From NCBI GenBank assembly GCA_039208735.1, contig JBCCQY010000023.1, positions 12,900 through 76,899 on the forward strand: a DNA stretch of 64,000 bases, given 5' to 3'. A model generated the notes under the pieces. The model had not been told where the DNA came from. It made no database searches and saw only the letters and a list, made by a program, of their open reading frames with translations. Below are positions 20,040-29,678 of this stretch, piece by piece. The position numbers and the translations under genes were made by a program. This DNA is from Myxococcota bacterium. Lineage in GTDB: Bacteria > Myxococcota_A > UBA796 > GCA-2862545. Positions within the stretch are counted from its first letter, which is position 1. Each line of letters starts with the position of its first letter.

Positions 20040-20839
20040 CGACGATGCCGCTCCAACCGCTCGAGCGCCTTGCGATGAGCCGGTCCCCCCCACACCGAGC
20101 CGAACGCCTGACTCGCTGAGCGAATGTCGCCGTTGCGTGCAGCCACGATTTGGGTCTTCACGGCGCGTACGGCCGCAGGGTCACGCGCCAGCAACGAACG
20201 ACACCACCGCATCGTTTCCTCAACGGCAGACCCATCGCATCGCTTGTCGACCAATCCCAGACGGTGGGCCTCACCGCTTGAAATGTAGCGTGCGGAAGTC
20301 AAAATTCGCAGTGCTTTGCCCGGGCCCACGAGCCGCGTGAGCCGCGCGGTTCCCCCCCACCCCGGAGCGATGCCCAGCTTCGTATGGATGAAGTGGATTC
20401 GCGCTTCGGGGGAAGCCAGTCGCCAATCGCACGCCAGGGCCAACTCGGCGCCGCCGCCAATCGCAAGACCATCTAGCGCGGCGACGCTCGTGAGCGGAAG
20501 GTCCGACAGTGCGTCCAACGCCGTGGTCATGGCCAACGACATCTGCTCGGCCGCGCCGGGCTCGTCGAGCGCTCGCTCCACGTCCGCCAGGTGGCCTCCC
20601 GCACAAAATGCCGCGGGGTCGGTCGACGATACGACGAGCAATGCGCCGTCAAAGGTCGTGAGTTGGTGGACCGCTGTGATCAGGTCGCGCATCATCGCCA
20701 ACGTCAACGCACCCCGCGCGCTTGGGTTGTCGATGCGCAAGTGGGCCACCGCACCATCCAGTTCGAGCTGGATCTGGCCCGGGCGGGATTCATCCCGAAC
20801 CAAGGCGGCGATGCTCTGGTGCGCTTCGTTTAGGTTCAC
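20036..20839 (-). CDS. Crotonase-family protein, ethylmalonyl-CoA decarboxylase (ECHDC1)-like
   Basis: AFCAGG, AIGGGAEL, FIHTKLGIAPGWGG (His where hydratases have PE), VWGGPAH. Confidence 0.8.
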   Translation of the reverse strand: MNLNEAHQSIAALVRDESRPGQIQLELDGAVAHLRIDNPSARGALTLAMMRDLITAVHQLTTFDGALLVVSSTDPAAFCAGGHLADVERALDEPGAAEQMSLAMTTALDALSDLPLTSVAALDGLAIGGGAELALACDWRLASPEARIHFIHTKLGIAPGWGGTARLTRLVGPGKALRILTSARYISSGEAHRLGLVDKRCDGSAVEETMRWCRSLLARDPAAVRAVKTQIVAARNGDIRSASQAFGSVWGGPAHRKALERLERHRR

Positions 20840-21783
20840 GACAGCCTCCGCGCGGCGTCCTGGGGCGAGATGCGCCCAGCCCGCAGGTCCTCTTCGATGT
20901 GCTCGCTATGTAGGGTCTGACGCGCCCGACGGCGCGCTGCATGGGCCACTCGGTCGAGGGTAAGTCGCACCGCTGCGTCGCCTCGACGCCGCTGCCACGT
21001 AGGATTCCCCTCTGCCTTGCACCACCCCAGATGGGCCTCGGCGCACGCCACGAGTTCGGCGATGCCCTGACCCTCGGTCGCGACCACCCGTAGCACGGGA
21101 GGCTTGTAGGGGCGCTCCGATAGCCGCACCGCATGTTCGAGTTCCCGCACCCAACGGTCCGCACCTGGTCGATCCGACTTGTTGACGACGAACACATCGG
21201 CGATTTCCATGAGCCCTGCCTTCATGGCCTGAATCGCATCCCCAGACTCCGGCGTGAGCACCACGGCAACCGTATCGGCGACCTCCATGACGGTGAGTTC
21301 GGATTGCCCCACCCCTACCGTCTCCAACAGCACAACATCGAAGCCCACGCCATCGAGTAGATCGACAACCTCGGCGGTGGACGCCGACAACCCACCCAGA
21401 TGCCCTCGGCTCGACAGGGACCGGATGTAGACGCCAGGGTCTGCGGTATGCTGCTCCATCCGAATGCGATCCCCGAGGATCGCTCCGCCCGAAAAAGGCG
21501 AACTCGGATCGATCGCCAACACGGCGACGGTGCGGCCTTGGTCCCGCAGGGAACGGATCCATTGGTTTACAAGGGTCGACTTGCCGGCCCCCGGTGGGCC
21601 CGTCACACCGATCACATGCGGCTGACCTGGACCTTCGCGCCGATGAACCCGCATTGCGCCCAACGGTTCGGACAACGCAACGTCGTGCGACTCGATCCAC
21701 GTGATGCAGCGGGCCAGCGCACGCCGGTCGCCATTGAGCGCCCGGGCGAGCCAATCGGGCCGCGAGAGAGGAGTCGTGGTCAA
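20836..21783 (-). CDS. meaB: Methylmalonyl-CoA mutase-associated GTPase MeaB
   Basis: GPPGAGKST, DPSSPFSGGAILGDRIRM, ETVGVGQSE, NKSD; TTG 21783 overlaps the rsmD stop. Confidence 0.93.
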   Translation of the reverse strand: MTTTPLSRPDWLARALNGDRRALARCITWIESHDVALSEPLGAMRVHRREGPGQPHVIGVTGPPGAGKSTLVNQWIRSLRDQGRTVAVLAIDPSSPFSGGAILGDRIRMEQHTADPGVYIRSLSSRGHLGGLSASTAEVVDLLDGVGFDVVLLETVGVGQSELTVMEVADTVAVVLTPESGDAIQAMKAGLMEIADVFVVNKSDRPGADRWVRELEHAVRLSERPYKPPVLRVVATEGQGIAELVACAEAHLGWCKAEGNPTWQRRRGDAAVRLTLDRVAHAARRRARQTLHSEHIEEDLRAGRISPQDAARRLS

Positions 21784-22355
21784 GGTCGCCTCCGATAGAT
21801 CGTCAGTGACGTGCTTCCGTAGGTCCGTCGACGGTCGATGGCCAACCCTTCGACCTCGGGTGCAGTTCGTTCGGCGGTCGATTCGAGGACGATCCAGTCC
21901 TGGGTAAAGGAGCCAAGCTTCTCGAGAAATGGCGTGGGATCGAGCGCATACGGTGGATCGAGGAACATGCCGTCGAACGTTCCAAGACGGTCGACCACCC
22001 GCAATACGTCGCCACGATGACAAGGAATGTCTGCACCCAAGGAACGAATGTTTGCCGAGACCTCGCGATACGCGCGCGCGTTTTGTTCAACGGCCACCAC
22101 ATCGGCACCTCGCGACCAGGCTTCCAACGCCAACAGACCCGATCCCGCGAACGCATCGAGAATGCGGGTTTCCGTCAGATTCTGACCAACCATGGAAAAG
22201 AGCGCCTCTCTGACGCGGGCCGAGGTAGGTCGCACGCCAGCCGCGGGCACCGAAGCAAGCGCCCGTCCGCGAGCCTGTCCTCCCGTGAGTCGAGGCGCCG
22301 TCAGGGGTTCGGCTCGGCAACGGTCCAGGTGCACTGTCCGTCGTGGCAGCCACAT
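21780..22355 (-). CDS. rsmD: 16S rRNA (guanine(966)-N2)-methyltransferase
   Basis: VRPTSARVREALF, DAFAGSG, DPPY, YG. True start probably nearer 22304-22337. Confidence 0.88.
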   Translation of the reverse strand: MWLPRRTVHLDRCRAEPLTAPRLTGGQARGRALASVPAAGVRPTSARVREALFSMVGQNLTETRILDAFAGSGLLALEAWSRGADVVAVEQNARAYREVSANIRSLGADIPCHRGDVLRVVDRLGTFDGMFLDPPYALDPTPFLEKLGSFTQDWIVLESTAERTAPEVEGLAIDRRRTYGSTSLTIYRRRP

Positions 22356-22675
22356 GCATCAAGGACGGCAAAGCAGGGCTGAATCTCACACGTCGTCATG
22401 ACTTCGCCGGCCATCTTCGCCGAAGTGCAAACCTCGCTGCTACAGCCCGAACGCTGACAATCCGCGTCGGTGGTGCACTCGCCAGCCGACTGAGGTTGCT
22501 CGACCCGAACTTCGCAACTTGCGTACAGCGCCTCGGGGCTCATAGGAGCCGGCTCTGGAGCGGCCACGGGTTCGGGAACGGGCGCCGGAGCGGGGGCTTC
22601 AGGCGCTTCCGCAGGGGCCTCGGGAGCGGAAGGCTTCGCAGAGCAAGCCCACAGCAGGTAGAACATCGAAATCAT
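22301..22675 (-). CDS. Lipoprotein with an eight-cysteine-cluster domain
   Basis: CTTDADC..SGCSSEVC...TTCE...C...CGC...C pattern after a Pro/Ala linker. Confidence 0.75.
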   Translation of the reverse strand: MISMFYLLWACSAKPSAPEAPAEAPEAPAPAPVPEPVAAPEPAPMSPEALYASCEVRVEQPQSAGECTTDADCQRSGCSSEVCTSAKMAGEVMTTCEIQPCFAVLDACGCHDGQCTWTVAEPNP

Positions 22676-22746
22676 GCACTTCTCCGGGGTGCCCGCTGGC
22701 GCGGATCACCCGTACGGATAAGACGCCCGCCGCACGGGGGCGAAGG

Positions 22747-23640
22747 ATGGAGTCGCAGGCAAAGCTCAAGTGGGCGGTGGTTGGGGTGGGCATCGCCGGT
22801 CGTGCGCGAGCCCGCGCCATCGACGCAGACCCTCGAGCTCGTCTCGTGGCGGTCTACCGTGGCCGCTTTGCGAGCGAGGTTGAAGCCCCCGAGGTCAGCA
22901 CCTTGGATGAGGCGTTGGCTAGCTGTGATGTCGTGGCCATCGCGTCACCTTCGACGGAACACCCTGCCCAGGTCGAGGCGGCGCTTCGGGCCGGTCGCCA
23001 TGTGGTGGTGGAGTACCCCTTGGCCACGGTGGCCGCTCGAGCCGAGGCGTTGTACGAGCTGGCCGATGACGTGGGCCGGACGCTGCACGTCGAACACATC
23101 GAGTTGCTCGATCCGCCATCCATGACCCTGCGGGCACATGTGCGCCGAGAGGTGGTGAAACGTGTGGACGTCTACTTTGAACGAGCCGCCCCCCTCGGCG
23201 CCTCCGCCGAAACGTTGGCCCTTGGCAACGTGGCGCGCCTCCATCGGGTCACGGCGCTGACCGGTCCGCTGAATCGCATCGTGTCGGTGGACCATGACGG
23301 ACGTTCCCTGACGGCCGAACTCGCGCTGGCCACTGGGGCGATGGTCCACGCCACGTTCGACCAGGCGCCTGACCTGCAACGCCGTACGGTGCTGCGCATC
23401 CAAACTGCGGGGGGCGTCACCTGGGAACAGGTCAACGGAACCCTCACCCGAAATGGCGCTCCCCAGACCCTGCTTGGCGTAGGCTCGTTGTTCCGCCGTG
23501 ACCAACTCGAAGCCTCCGCGATGATCCTCGACGGCAAGCCGGACTACGTCTCACGCGAGCGCATCTTGCACGTTCTAGACATGGTCGAACGACTAGGACG
23601 CCTCGAGACTGGAGGGTTGCCGCATCGATCGGCTGCATGA
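22747..23640 (+). CDS. Gfo/Idh/MocA oxidoreductase, biliverdin reductase-like
   Basis: GVGIAG Rossmann motif; HVVVEYPL and LHVEHIELL. Confidence 0.8.
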   Translation: MESQAKLKWAVVGVGIAGRARARAIDADPRARLVAVYRGRFASEVEAPEVSTLDEALASCDVVAIASPSTEHPAQVEAALRAGRHVVVEYPLATVAARAEALYELADDVGRTLHVEHIELLDPPSMTLRAHVRREVVKRVDVYFERAAPLGASAETLALGNVARLHRVTALTGPLNRIVSVDHDGRSLTAELALATGAMVHATFDQAPDLQRRTVLRIQTAGGVTWEQVNGTLTRNGAPQTLLGVGSLFRRDQLEASAMILDGKPDYVSRERILHVLDMVERLGRLETGGLPHRSAA

Positions 23641-23766
23641 CCGGATGCGGGGGTCCTCCCTGGATTGCAGAAGAGTCCAGTGCCGCGTGTGGTTGCGGCT
23701 CCCTTGTACCGACAAGGGGCCTCTTGTAACTCCTGACAACTAGAGACCCCGTCCTTCGGAGGGAGC

Positions 23767-24540
23767 ATGCGCCATCAGGTCTTGTTGCCATCCGTCATTC
23801 TCGCGCTTCCGCTGATCTTGGCGGGCTGTGAGGTGGTGGAGGCCAAGAAGGCGAAGAGCGACGACAATCCCGAGCAGACCTTCCCCATCGAGCCACATGA
23901 CCTGCTGCCGCAGTATGGCCCGAGCAACGGTCAGATTGCGGCCGGTATCGTCACGGGCCGCGCCCTTGAGCAGCCCATCGGCTTCTCGCATTACCTGCAC
24001 GCGGGCCAGCTCAACATCGACTGTCAGTACTGTCACTTCGAGGCCCGCAAGTCGCTTCACGGTGGCGTCCCCCCACTTCAAACGTGCATGGGATGCCATC
24101 AGCAGGTGAAGACCTACAGCCCCGAAGTGCAGAAGATTCATCAGCACTGGTGCGGCGAAGACAACTGCAGCATCGCCAAGGATGAATACGGGCTGTGGTT
24201 GGCCGATGAAGAGGGCTCGCCGCCAGTTTGGAACAAGCTGCACGACCTTCCGGACTACGTCTACTTCGCGCACAACCGCCATGTGCGAGCGGGCGTGCAG
24301 TGCACCGAGTGCCATGGTCAGGTCAAGCTGCAGGGCACCTACGAAATCGAACCGATCCCGGGCGACCCCGAAGGCCGAACCTACCGCAAGGTGGAGAAGG
24401 TCATGGTCCGCGAGGCGACGTTGCAGATGGGCTGGTGCCTGAACTGCCACGCGGAGCATCCGTCCATCGACAAGAACTACGGCGACCAGTCAGACCTCCG
24501 GCGTGCCGAGCTGAAGGACTGCTGGACCTGCCACAAGTGA
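23767..24540 (+). CDS. actA: Alternative complex III pentaheme cytochrome c subunit
   Basis: Five CxxCH (CQYCH, CMGCH, CTECH, CLNCH, CWTCH); LPDYVYFAH; MGWC. Confidence 0.92.
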   Translation: MRHQVLLPSVILALPLILAGCEVVEAKKAKSDDNPEQTFPIEPHDLLPQYGPSNGQIAAGIVTGRALEQPIGFSHYLHAGQLNIDCQYCHFEARKSLHGGVPPLQTCMGCHQQVKTYSPEVQKIHQHWCGEDNCSIAKDEYGLWLADEEGSPPVWNKLHDLPDYVYFAHNRHVRAGVQCTECHGQVKLQGTYEIEPIPGDPEGRTYRKVEKVMVREATLQMGWCLNCHAEHPSIDKNYGDQSDLRRAELKDCWTCHK

Positions 24541-24556
24541 TTCTGGAGTCGCTGCG

Positions 24557-27500
24557 ATGAATCGCCGAAGCTTCCTTCAAGCCCTGGGCGTCGGTGGCGG
24601 AGCCACTGCTGCCGGCTGCAACTGGGACGACAACCGGTACTACGTGCCGATCGAAAACCTCGTCCCCTATCTGGCGCACCCCGTTCAGACCGCGCCAGGC
24701 ACTCCAAACTACTTTGCAACGACGGTGGGCAAGGGGCCCAGCGCGTGGCCGGTCACGGCCGTCCACCGCGAAGGCCGCGTGGTCAACGTGGCTGCCAACC
24801 ACTTCGCCTATCACGAGACGAAGGGGAAGGTCGCCCGCGCTGTGCCCGCGACGCAGCTGTTCGAGCTGCAACGCCACTACTCGCCTGACCGCATCGCGGC
24901 GCCGCGGCGGCACGACCGCAAGACGGGTGCATCCGAAGAGGTCTCCTTCGAAGACGCGCGACGGATGCTGTCAGACGCCGTTCGGGCCGCTCGCAATCCC
25001 GCCTCGGGCGAACCGAAGAGTGTGGTCTACCTCGGCCCCTACGCTTCCGGTTCGATCGTCGATCTGATCCAAGAGTTCGCCGACGAAGCCATTTTCTGGG
25101 AACCGATGGGTCGCGAAAATGAGGCCGCGGCTGCGAAGGCGCTCTTCGGTGATGAAGACGGCAACGCAGTGCTGCCCCGCTACGACCTTTCAGGGGCGGA
25201 GTTTGTGTTGTCGTTCGGGGCTGCGTTCCTCGGCGATGCGTGGGGCGGTCCCGGCCACGAGGCCGAATACGCCATGGCCCGCGATGCGAACCACCAGCAC
25301 AGCGTGGCTCGCTTCGCTGCGGTGACGCCGCTTCGCGACCAGACGTCAGCCAACGCCGATGATTGGTACGCCTGCAACCCCGGCTCCGAAGCGCAGGTGG
25401 CACTCGCCATCGCGAAGAGCGTGGCCGAGAAGTCGGGCTACCTCGACACGCGTGATGAAAACGGCGAAATGACGCCGTTCGCTAAGATCATCAGCCGGGC
25501 CGATATCGGTTCCGCGGCCAAGGCATCGGGCCTGTCTGTCTCCGACATCACCAAGCTAGCCTCAATGTTCGAGAAGCCAGGTTCGGTAGCGCTTCCGGGC
25601 GGCATGGTGGGAGCTTCGGCGGCCGGTACCGCGCTTGCGGCGGCGACGTATCTCCTCAACATCGTGAGTCGGGCCAACGTGAACGGGCTGTTCACGAACG
25701 ACGGCTACCCCGGTCCGGTCCACACCTTTGGCGACATCGAGCGCTTGCTCACCGACATGAAAGCGGGTCGCGTGGGGGTGCTCCTCCTCGGCGACCTCGA
25801 TGTGTTGCACTCCCTTCCGAACGCCCAGGCGTTTGCCGCCGCCCTCGAGCTCGAGGTGGTCGACCTTCATGTGGCGTTGACGTCGCACCCGAACGAGACG
25901 ACGGCCAAGGTCGACCTGGTCATTCCCGTGGCCTCGGTCTTCGAGGAATGGGGTGACGAAGAGCCCGTTCAACGGATGCGGCTCGTCCGGCAGCCGGTCA
26001 TGAAGCCGTTGTACGCGGGAACCCCGATGCTGGGTGACCTGCTCCTCGACACCTGGCGCGAGGTCGACAGCGAAAACGCGCCGCAGGGCTCGTGGCTTGA
26101 CCGCCTCCAGCAAACCTGGGCGGCGAAGCTTTGGGCCTCGGACGACACGGCCGATGGCGCCGACTTGGTCAGCGACGATCGCTTCGCCGCGTGGTGGCAG
26201 AACACCTTGCGCATGGGCTTTCACGAGACGCTCGGGGGCGGTGCACCATTCCCGCAAACGCGGGCGCCGCAGCTTGACCTGAACGGTGCGTTCAAGGGTA
26301 CCGGCGAGTACAGCTTCGTGATCTTTCCCCATCCCTTCCTGCTCGATGGGCGATACGCGAACCAGCCATGGGCCCAGGAAGTGCCCGAACCCATGACGGG
26401 TCACGTCTGGGACACGTGGGTCCTCGTTCACCCCGAGACCGCCAAGGAACTCGAAGTCGGCGACAACGATGTGCTGTCGATCTCGACGGGAGAGGCGAGC
26501 CTCGAAGTTGGCGTTGAAGTGCATCCCTGCGTCGCCAAGGGCGTGCTTGCGATGCCGATGGGCGGTGGCCATACGCGGGCCAGCGGTCGCTACGCCGATG
26601 GCGTGGGAGTCAACGCCGTCTCTCTTCTGCAAGGCGCGACCGACGAACAGGGGGCGCTCGTGTGGCAGCACGCCCACTGCACAGCCACGAAGCGTGAGGG
26701 CAAGGCCGACCTGCACAGCACCTACGGCGTTTACCCGCGTACCTACGCGGCCGGCAATGTGCTGACCAATGAGTCCGACAGTGACCGCAACTTCGTGGCC
26801 CTCGTACCCGCCGAACAGTGGAAGGACGTGGCCGACGACCCCGTGGACCACCCCGGTGAACTCACGGGGATTCACCACCTGCCGGTCGACCCCCGCCTCA
26901 AGGCCACAGGTCAGACCGACTTCTACAAGTTGCCCGACCACCCGAGCTACCGCTTCGGGCTCACCGTCGACACGAACCTCTGCACCGGTTGTGGCGCGTG
27001 TGCCGTGGCCTGCTACGCCGAGAACAACTTGCCCGTCGTTGGCAAGGAGAAGGTGAAGCAGGGCCGTGAGATGTCGTGGATTCGGGTCAACCGGTACTTC
27101 CGCGAGAACGAACTGGGTGAAGCGGACCCGACGGTCCACTTCGTTCCCATGATGTGCCAGCACTGCGGCCATGCACCCTGCGAGTCCGTGTGCCCGGTGC
27201 TCGCGACCTACCACTCGATCGATGGCCTCAATGCGATGGTCTACAACCGGTGCGTGGGAACGCGGTACTGCAGCAACGCGTGCCCTTATTCGGCGCGGAA
27301 GTTCAACTACCACTCCTATGCCTGGCCCGAGCCCTTCAACCTCCAGCTCAACCCCGACGTTGTGACGCGCACGATGGGCGTGATGGAGAAGTGCTCGTTC
27401 TGCGTGCAGCGCATCCGGCGCATCAAGAGCGCATGGCGGGATTCGAACCCCGGCAAGCTCGTGCCCGAGGTGCACCTCGAGCAGCTTCCGGCTTGCGCCG

Positions 27501-27739
27501 AGGCTTGCCCGTCGAACGCACTCACGTTTGGGAACCTCAACGACGAAGAACAAGTCGTGTCGTCGTCGAGGAAATCCGCTCGTAACTACATTCCGCTGGC
27601 CGAGGTGCACACCTTCCCGGCCGTCAACTATCTCGCGAAGGCGTCGTTCCACTTCGAACCGGGCCACCACGGCGGTGGCCATGGCGACAGCCACGGTGAG
27701 AAGCACCATGACGAAGCGTCTTCCGGCGACCATCACTAG
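24557..27739 (+). CDS. actB: Alternative complex III molybdopterin-oxidoreductase-like / Fe-S subunit
   Basis: Tat lipoprotein signal MNRRSFL...AGC; CTGCGAC...C, CQHC..APC...CP, CVG.RYC...CP, MEKCSFC; His-rich tail. Confidence 0.93.
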   Translation: MNRRSFLQALGVGGGATAAGCNWDDNRYYVPIENLVPYLAHPVQTAPGTPNYFATTVGKGPSAWPVTAVHREGRVVNVAANHFAYHETKGKVARAVPATQLFELQRHYSPDRIAAPRRHDRKTGASEEVSFEDARRMLSDAVRAARNPASGEPKSVVYLGPYASGSIVDLIQEFADEAIFWEPMGRENEAAAAKALFGDEDGNAVLPRYDLSGAEFVLSFGAAFLGDAWGGPGHEAEYAMARDANHQHSVARFAAVTPLRDQTSANADDWYACNPGSEAQVALAIAKSVAEKSGYLDTRDENGEMTPFAKIISRADIGSAAKASGLSVSDITKLASMFEKPGSVALPGGMVGASAAGTALAAATYLLNIVSRANVNGLFTNDGYPGPVHTFGDIERLLTDMKAGRVGVLLLGDLDVLHSLPNAQAFAAALELEVVDLHVALTSHPNETTAKVDLVIPVASVFEEWGDEEPVQRMRLVRQPVMKPLYAGTPMLGDLLLDTWREVDSENAPQGSWLDRLQQTWAAKLWASDDTADGADLVSDDRFAAWWQNTLRMGFHETLGGGAPFPQTRAPQLDLNGAFKGTGEYSFVIFPHPFLLDGRYANQPWAQEVPEPMTGHVWDTWVLVHPETAKELEVGDNDVLSISTGEASLEVGVEVHPCVAKGVLAMPMGGGHTRASGRYADGVGVNAVSLLQGATDEQGALVWQHAHCTATKREGKADLHSTYGVYPRTYAAGNVLTNESDSDRNFVALVPAEQWKDVADDPVDHPGELTGIHHLPVDPRLKATGQTDFYKLPDHPSYRFGLTVDTNLCTGCGACAVACYAENNLPVVGKEKVKQGREMSWIRVNRYFRENELGEADPTVHFVPMMCQHCGHAPCESVCPVLATYHSIDGLNAMVYNRCVGTRYCSNACPYSARKFNYHSYAWPEPFNLQLNPDVVTRTMGVMEKCSFCVQRIRRIKSAWRDSNPGKLVPEVHLEQLPACAEACPSNALTFGNLNDEEQVVSSSRKSARNYIPLAEVHTFPAVNYLAKASFHFEPGHHGGGHGDSHGEKHHDEASSGDHH

Positions 27740-27745
27740 GGAGGA

Positions 27746-29125
27746 TTGACCGTGGCACTCGTCGAGGTCATCGACCGAAATGACCCGGGCAAGCCCAATC
27801 GCCCGGAGACCTACGGAGAGGCGAACCGCGACATCATTCGCGTGTTGCTGACCCCGTCCACTCTCTTCCTCCTAGCCCTCGCTTCCACCGTCGCGATGAT
27901 GGCCTACGGGGGCTGGTGCTGGTACCAGCAGATTCGCTGGGGCATGGGGGTCGCGGGCATCACGCACCCTACGATGTGGGGCGTCTACATCGTCACCTTC
28001 GTGTTCTGGATCGGCATCGGCCACGCCGGCACGCTGATTTCCGCCATTCTCTTCCTGGTGCGCTCCCGATGGCGTACCGGCGTGTACCGCGCGTCTGAGG
28101 CCATGACGGTCTTCGCGGTCATGACGGCCCTGCTCTTCCCGGTGCTTCACCTGGGCCGTTGCTGGCAGGCGTACTGGTTCTTCCCTTACCCGAACCAACG
28201 CCAGCTCTGGATGAACTTCAAGTCACCGCTGATGTGGGACGTCTTCGCGATCTCGACGTACTTCACCATCTCGGCGGTGTTCTTCTTTGTGGGCCTTATT
28301 CCTGACATCGCGGTATTCCGCGACCACAGCAAGGGCCTCGTTAAGCGCATCTACGGCATCCTGTGCCTCGGGTGGCGTGGCACTCACGAACAGTGGCACG
28401 CCTACCTTGGCGCCTACGGCTTCTTCGCCGCCTTCGCCGCCCCGCTCGTGCTCTCGGTCCACAGCGTCGTTTCCTGGGACTTCGCGATGGCGCCGACGGC
28501 CGGTTGGCACTCCACCATCTTCCCGCCCTACTTCGTCGCGGGCGCCATCTTCAGTGGCTGTGCGATGGTCATCAGCCTGCTGATGCCGATGACGTACATC
28601 TTCAACTGGCACAAGTACGTCAACACCTGGCACTTCGAGAACCTTGCGAAGATGTGCCTGCTCACCTCGGGCATCCTCACCTACTCGTACGGCATGGAGT
28701 ACTTCATCAGTTGGTACTCGCAGAACCCTTACGAGCAGACGATCTTTGCGTGGCGTGCGGATCCGGCGGCTGACTACGGCTGGGCCTTCTACCTGATGGT
28801 CTTCTGCAACTGCGTTGCCCCGCTTGCCTGGTACGTGAAGCGTCTTCGCACCGACCCGGTCGCGCTCTTCGTCATCGCTGCCATCATCAACGTTGGCATG
28901 TGGATGGAGCGTTTCAACATCATCGTCAGCTCGCTCGCCCACAACTTCGACCCTGCTACCTGGTGGCAGTACGTGCCCACCTGGGTCGAGATTGGCATCC
29001 TGATTGGGTCGGTTGGCTGGTTCTCGTTCTTCTTCCTGCTGTTCTGCAAGACCTTCCCCGCCGTCGCCATCACCGAGATCAAAGAGATGACGGCGCCACC
29101 GGTGAAGGGCGAGCTGGAGGCCTGA
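27746..29125 (+). CDS. actC: Alternative complex III NrfD-family quinol-binding subunit
   Basis: FVFWIGIGHAGTLISA, HLGR, SPLMWD, LSVHSVVSWDFA. Confidence 0.95.
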   Translation: MTVALVEVIDRNDPGKPNRPETYGEANRDIIRVLLTPSTLFLLALASTVAMMAYGGWCWYQQIRWGMGVAGITHPTMWGVYIVTFVFWIGIGHAGTLISAILFLVRSRWRTGVYRASEAMTVFAVMTALLFPVLHLGRCWQAYWFFPYPNQRQLWMNFKSPLMWDVFAISTYFTISAVFFFVGLIPDIAVFRDHSKGLVKRIYGILCLGWRGTHEQWHAYLGAYGFFAAFAAPLVLSVHSVVSWDFAMAPTAGWHSTIFPPYFVAGAIFSGCAMVISLLMPMTYIFNWHKYVNTWHFENLAKMCLLTSGILTYSYGMEYFISWYSQNPYEQTIFAWRADPAADYGWAFYLMVFCNCVAPLAWYVKRLRTDPVALFVIAAIINVGMWMERFNIIVSSLAHNFDPATWWQYVPTWVEIGILIGSVGWFSFFFLLFCKTFPAVAITEIKEMTAPPVKGELEA

Positions 29126-29126
29126 C

Positions 29127-29678
29127 ATGGAAGCACCGTACATCCGCATCAAGGCCGTCTACAGCCACCTCGATTGCCTCCTTACGGGCATCGAGCGGCT
29201 GAAGAAGGCCAACTACGAAGGCTTCACGGTCCAGGCTCCGCTTCCGCGGCATGAGATCGAAGAAGCGATGTATGAGGGCCGTCCGGCTCCCGTGCGCTGG
29301 TGGACCCTGGCTGGCGCGATGACCGGGGTGACGGTGGGCTTTTTGCTCACCTCGCTCACCCATGCCGACTGGCCGATGATCAACCCGGGCGGCAAGCCGG
29401 TGGTTGCGCTCGTTCCCTTCGCGGTCATCATGTTCGAGTGCACGATTCTGTTCGGTGGACTCGCCACGTTCGCCGGCATGCTGTTCCACGCTGGGCTGCC
29501 GAGCTTCTGGCTCGATGCCGCCCTGCAGGATCCACGCATGTCCGATGCGAGCTTCGGGATCACCTTCCTGAAAGCCAAACCCAAGGACAAGGACCGGATC
29601 GTCGACCTGCTGCGCCAATCGGGTGCGATCGAGGTCACGACTGGCGACCAGACCATCTATGAGGTGCCCAATGTCTAA
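29127..29678 (+). CDS. actD: Alternative complex III subunit D (DUF3341)
   Basis: WPMINPGGKP, FECTIL, two TM segments, operon position. Confidence 0.88.
   Translation: MEAPYIRIKAVYSHLDCLLTGIERLKKANYEGFTVQAPLPRHEIEEAMYEGRPAPVRWWTLAGAMTGVTVGFLLTSLTHADWPMINPGGKPVVALVPFAVIMFECTILFGGLATFAGMLFHAGLPSFWLDAALQDPRMSDASFGITFLKAKPKDKDRIVDLLRQSGAIEVTTGDQTIYEVPNV

Noticed and set aside
25562..27736. 724-aa minus-strand ORF, and similar ones at 30204..31955, 54193..55584 and 56257..58071
   Set aside because: Antisense shadows of well-supported high-GC genes, with no motifs
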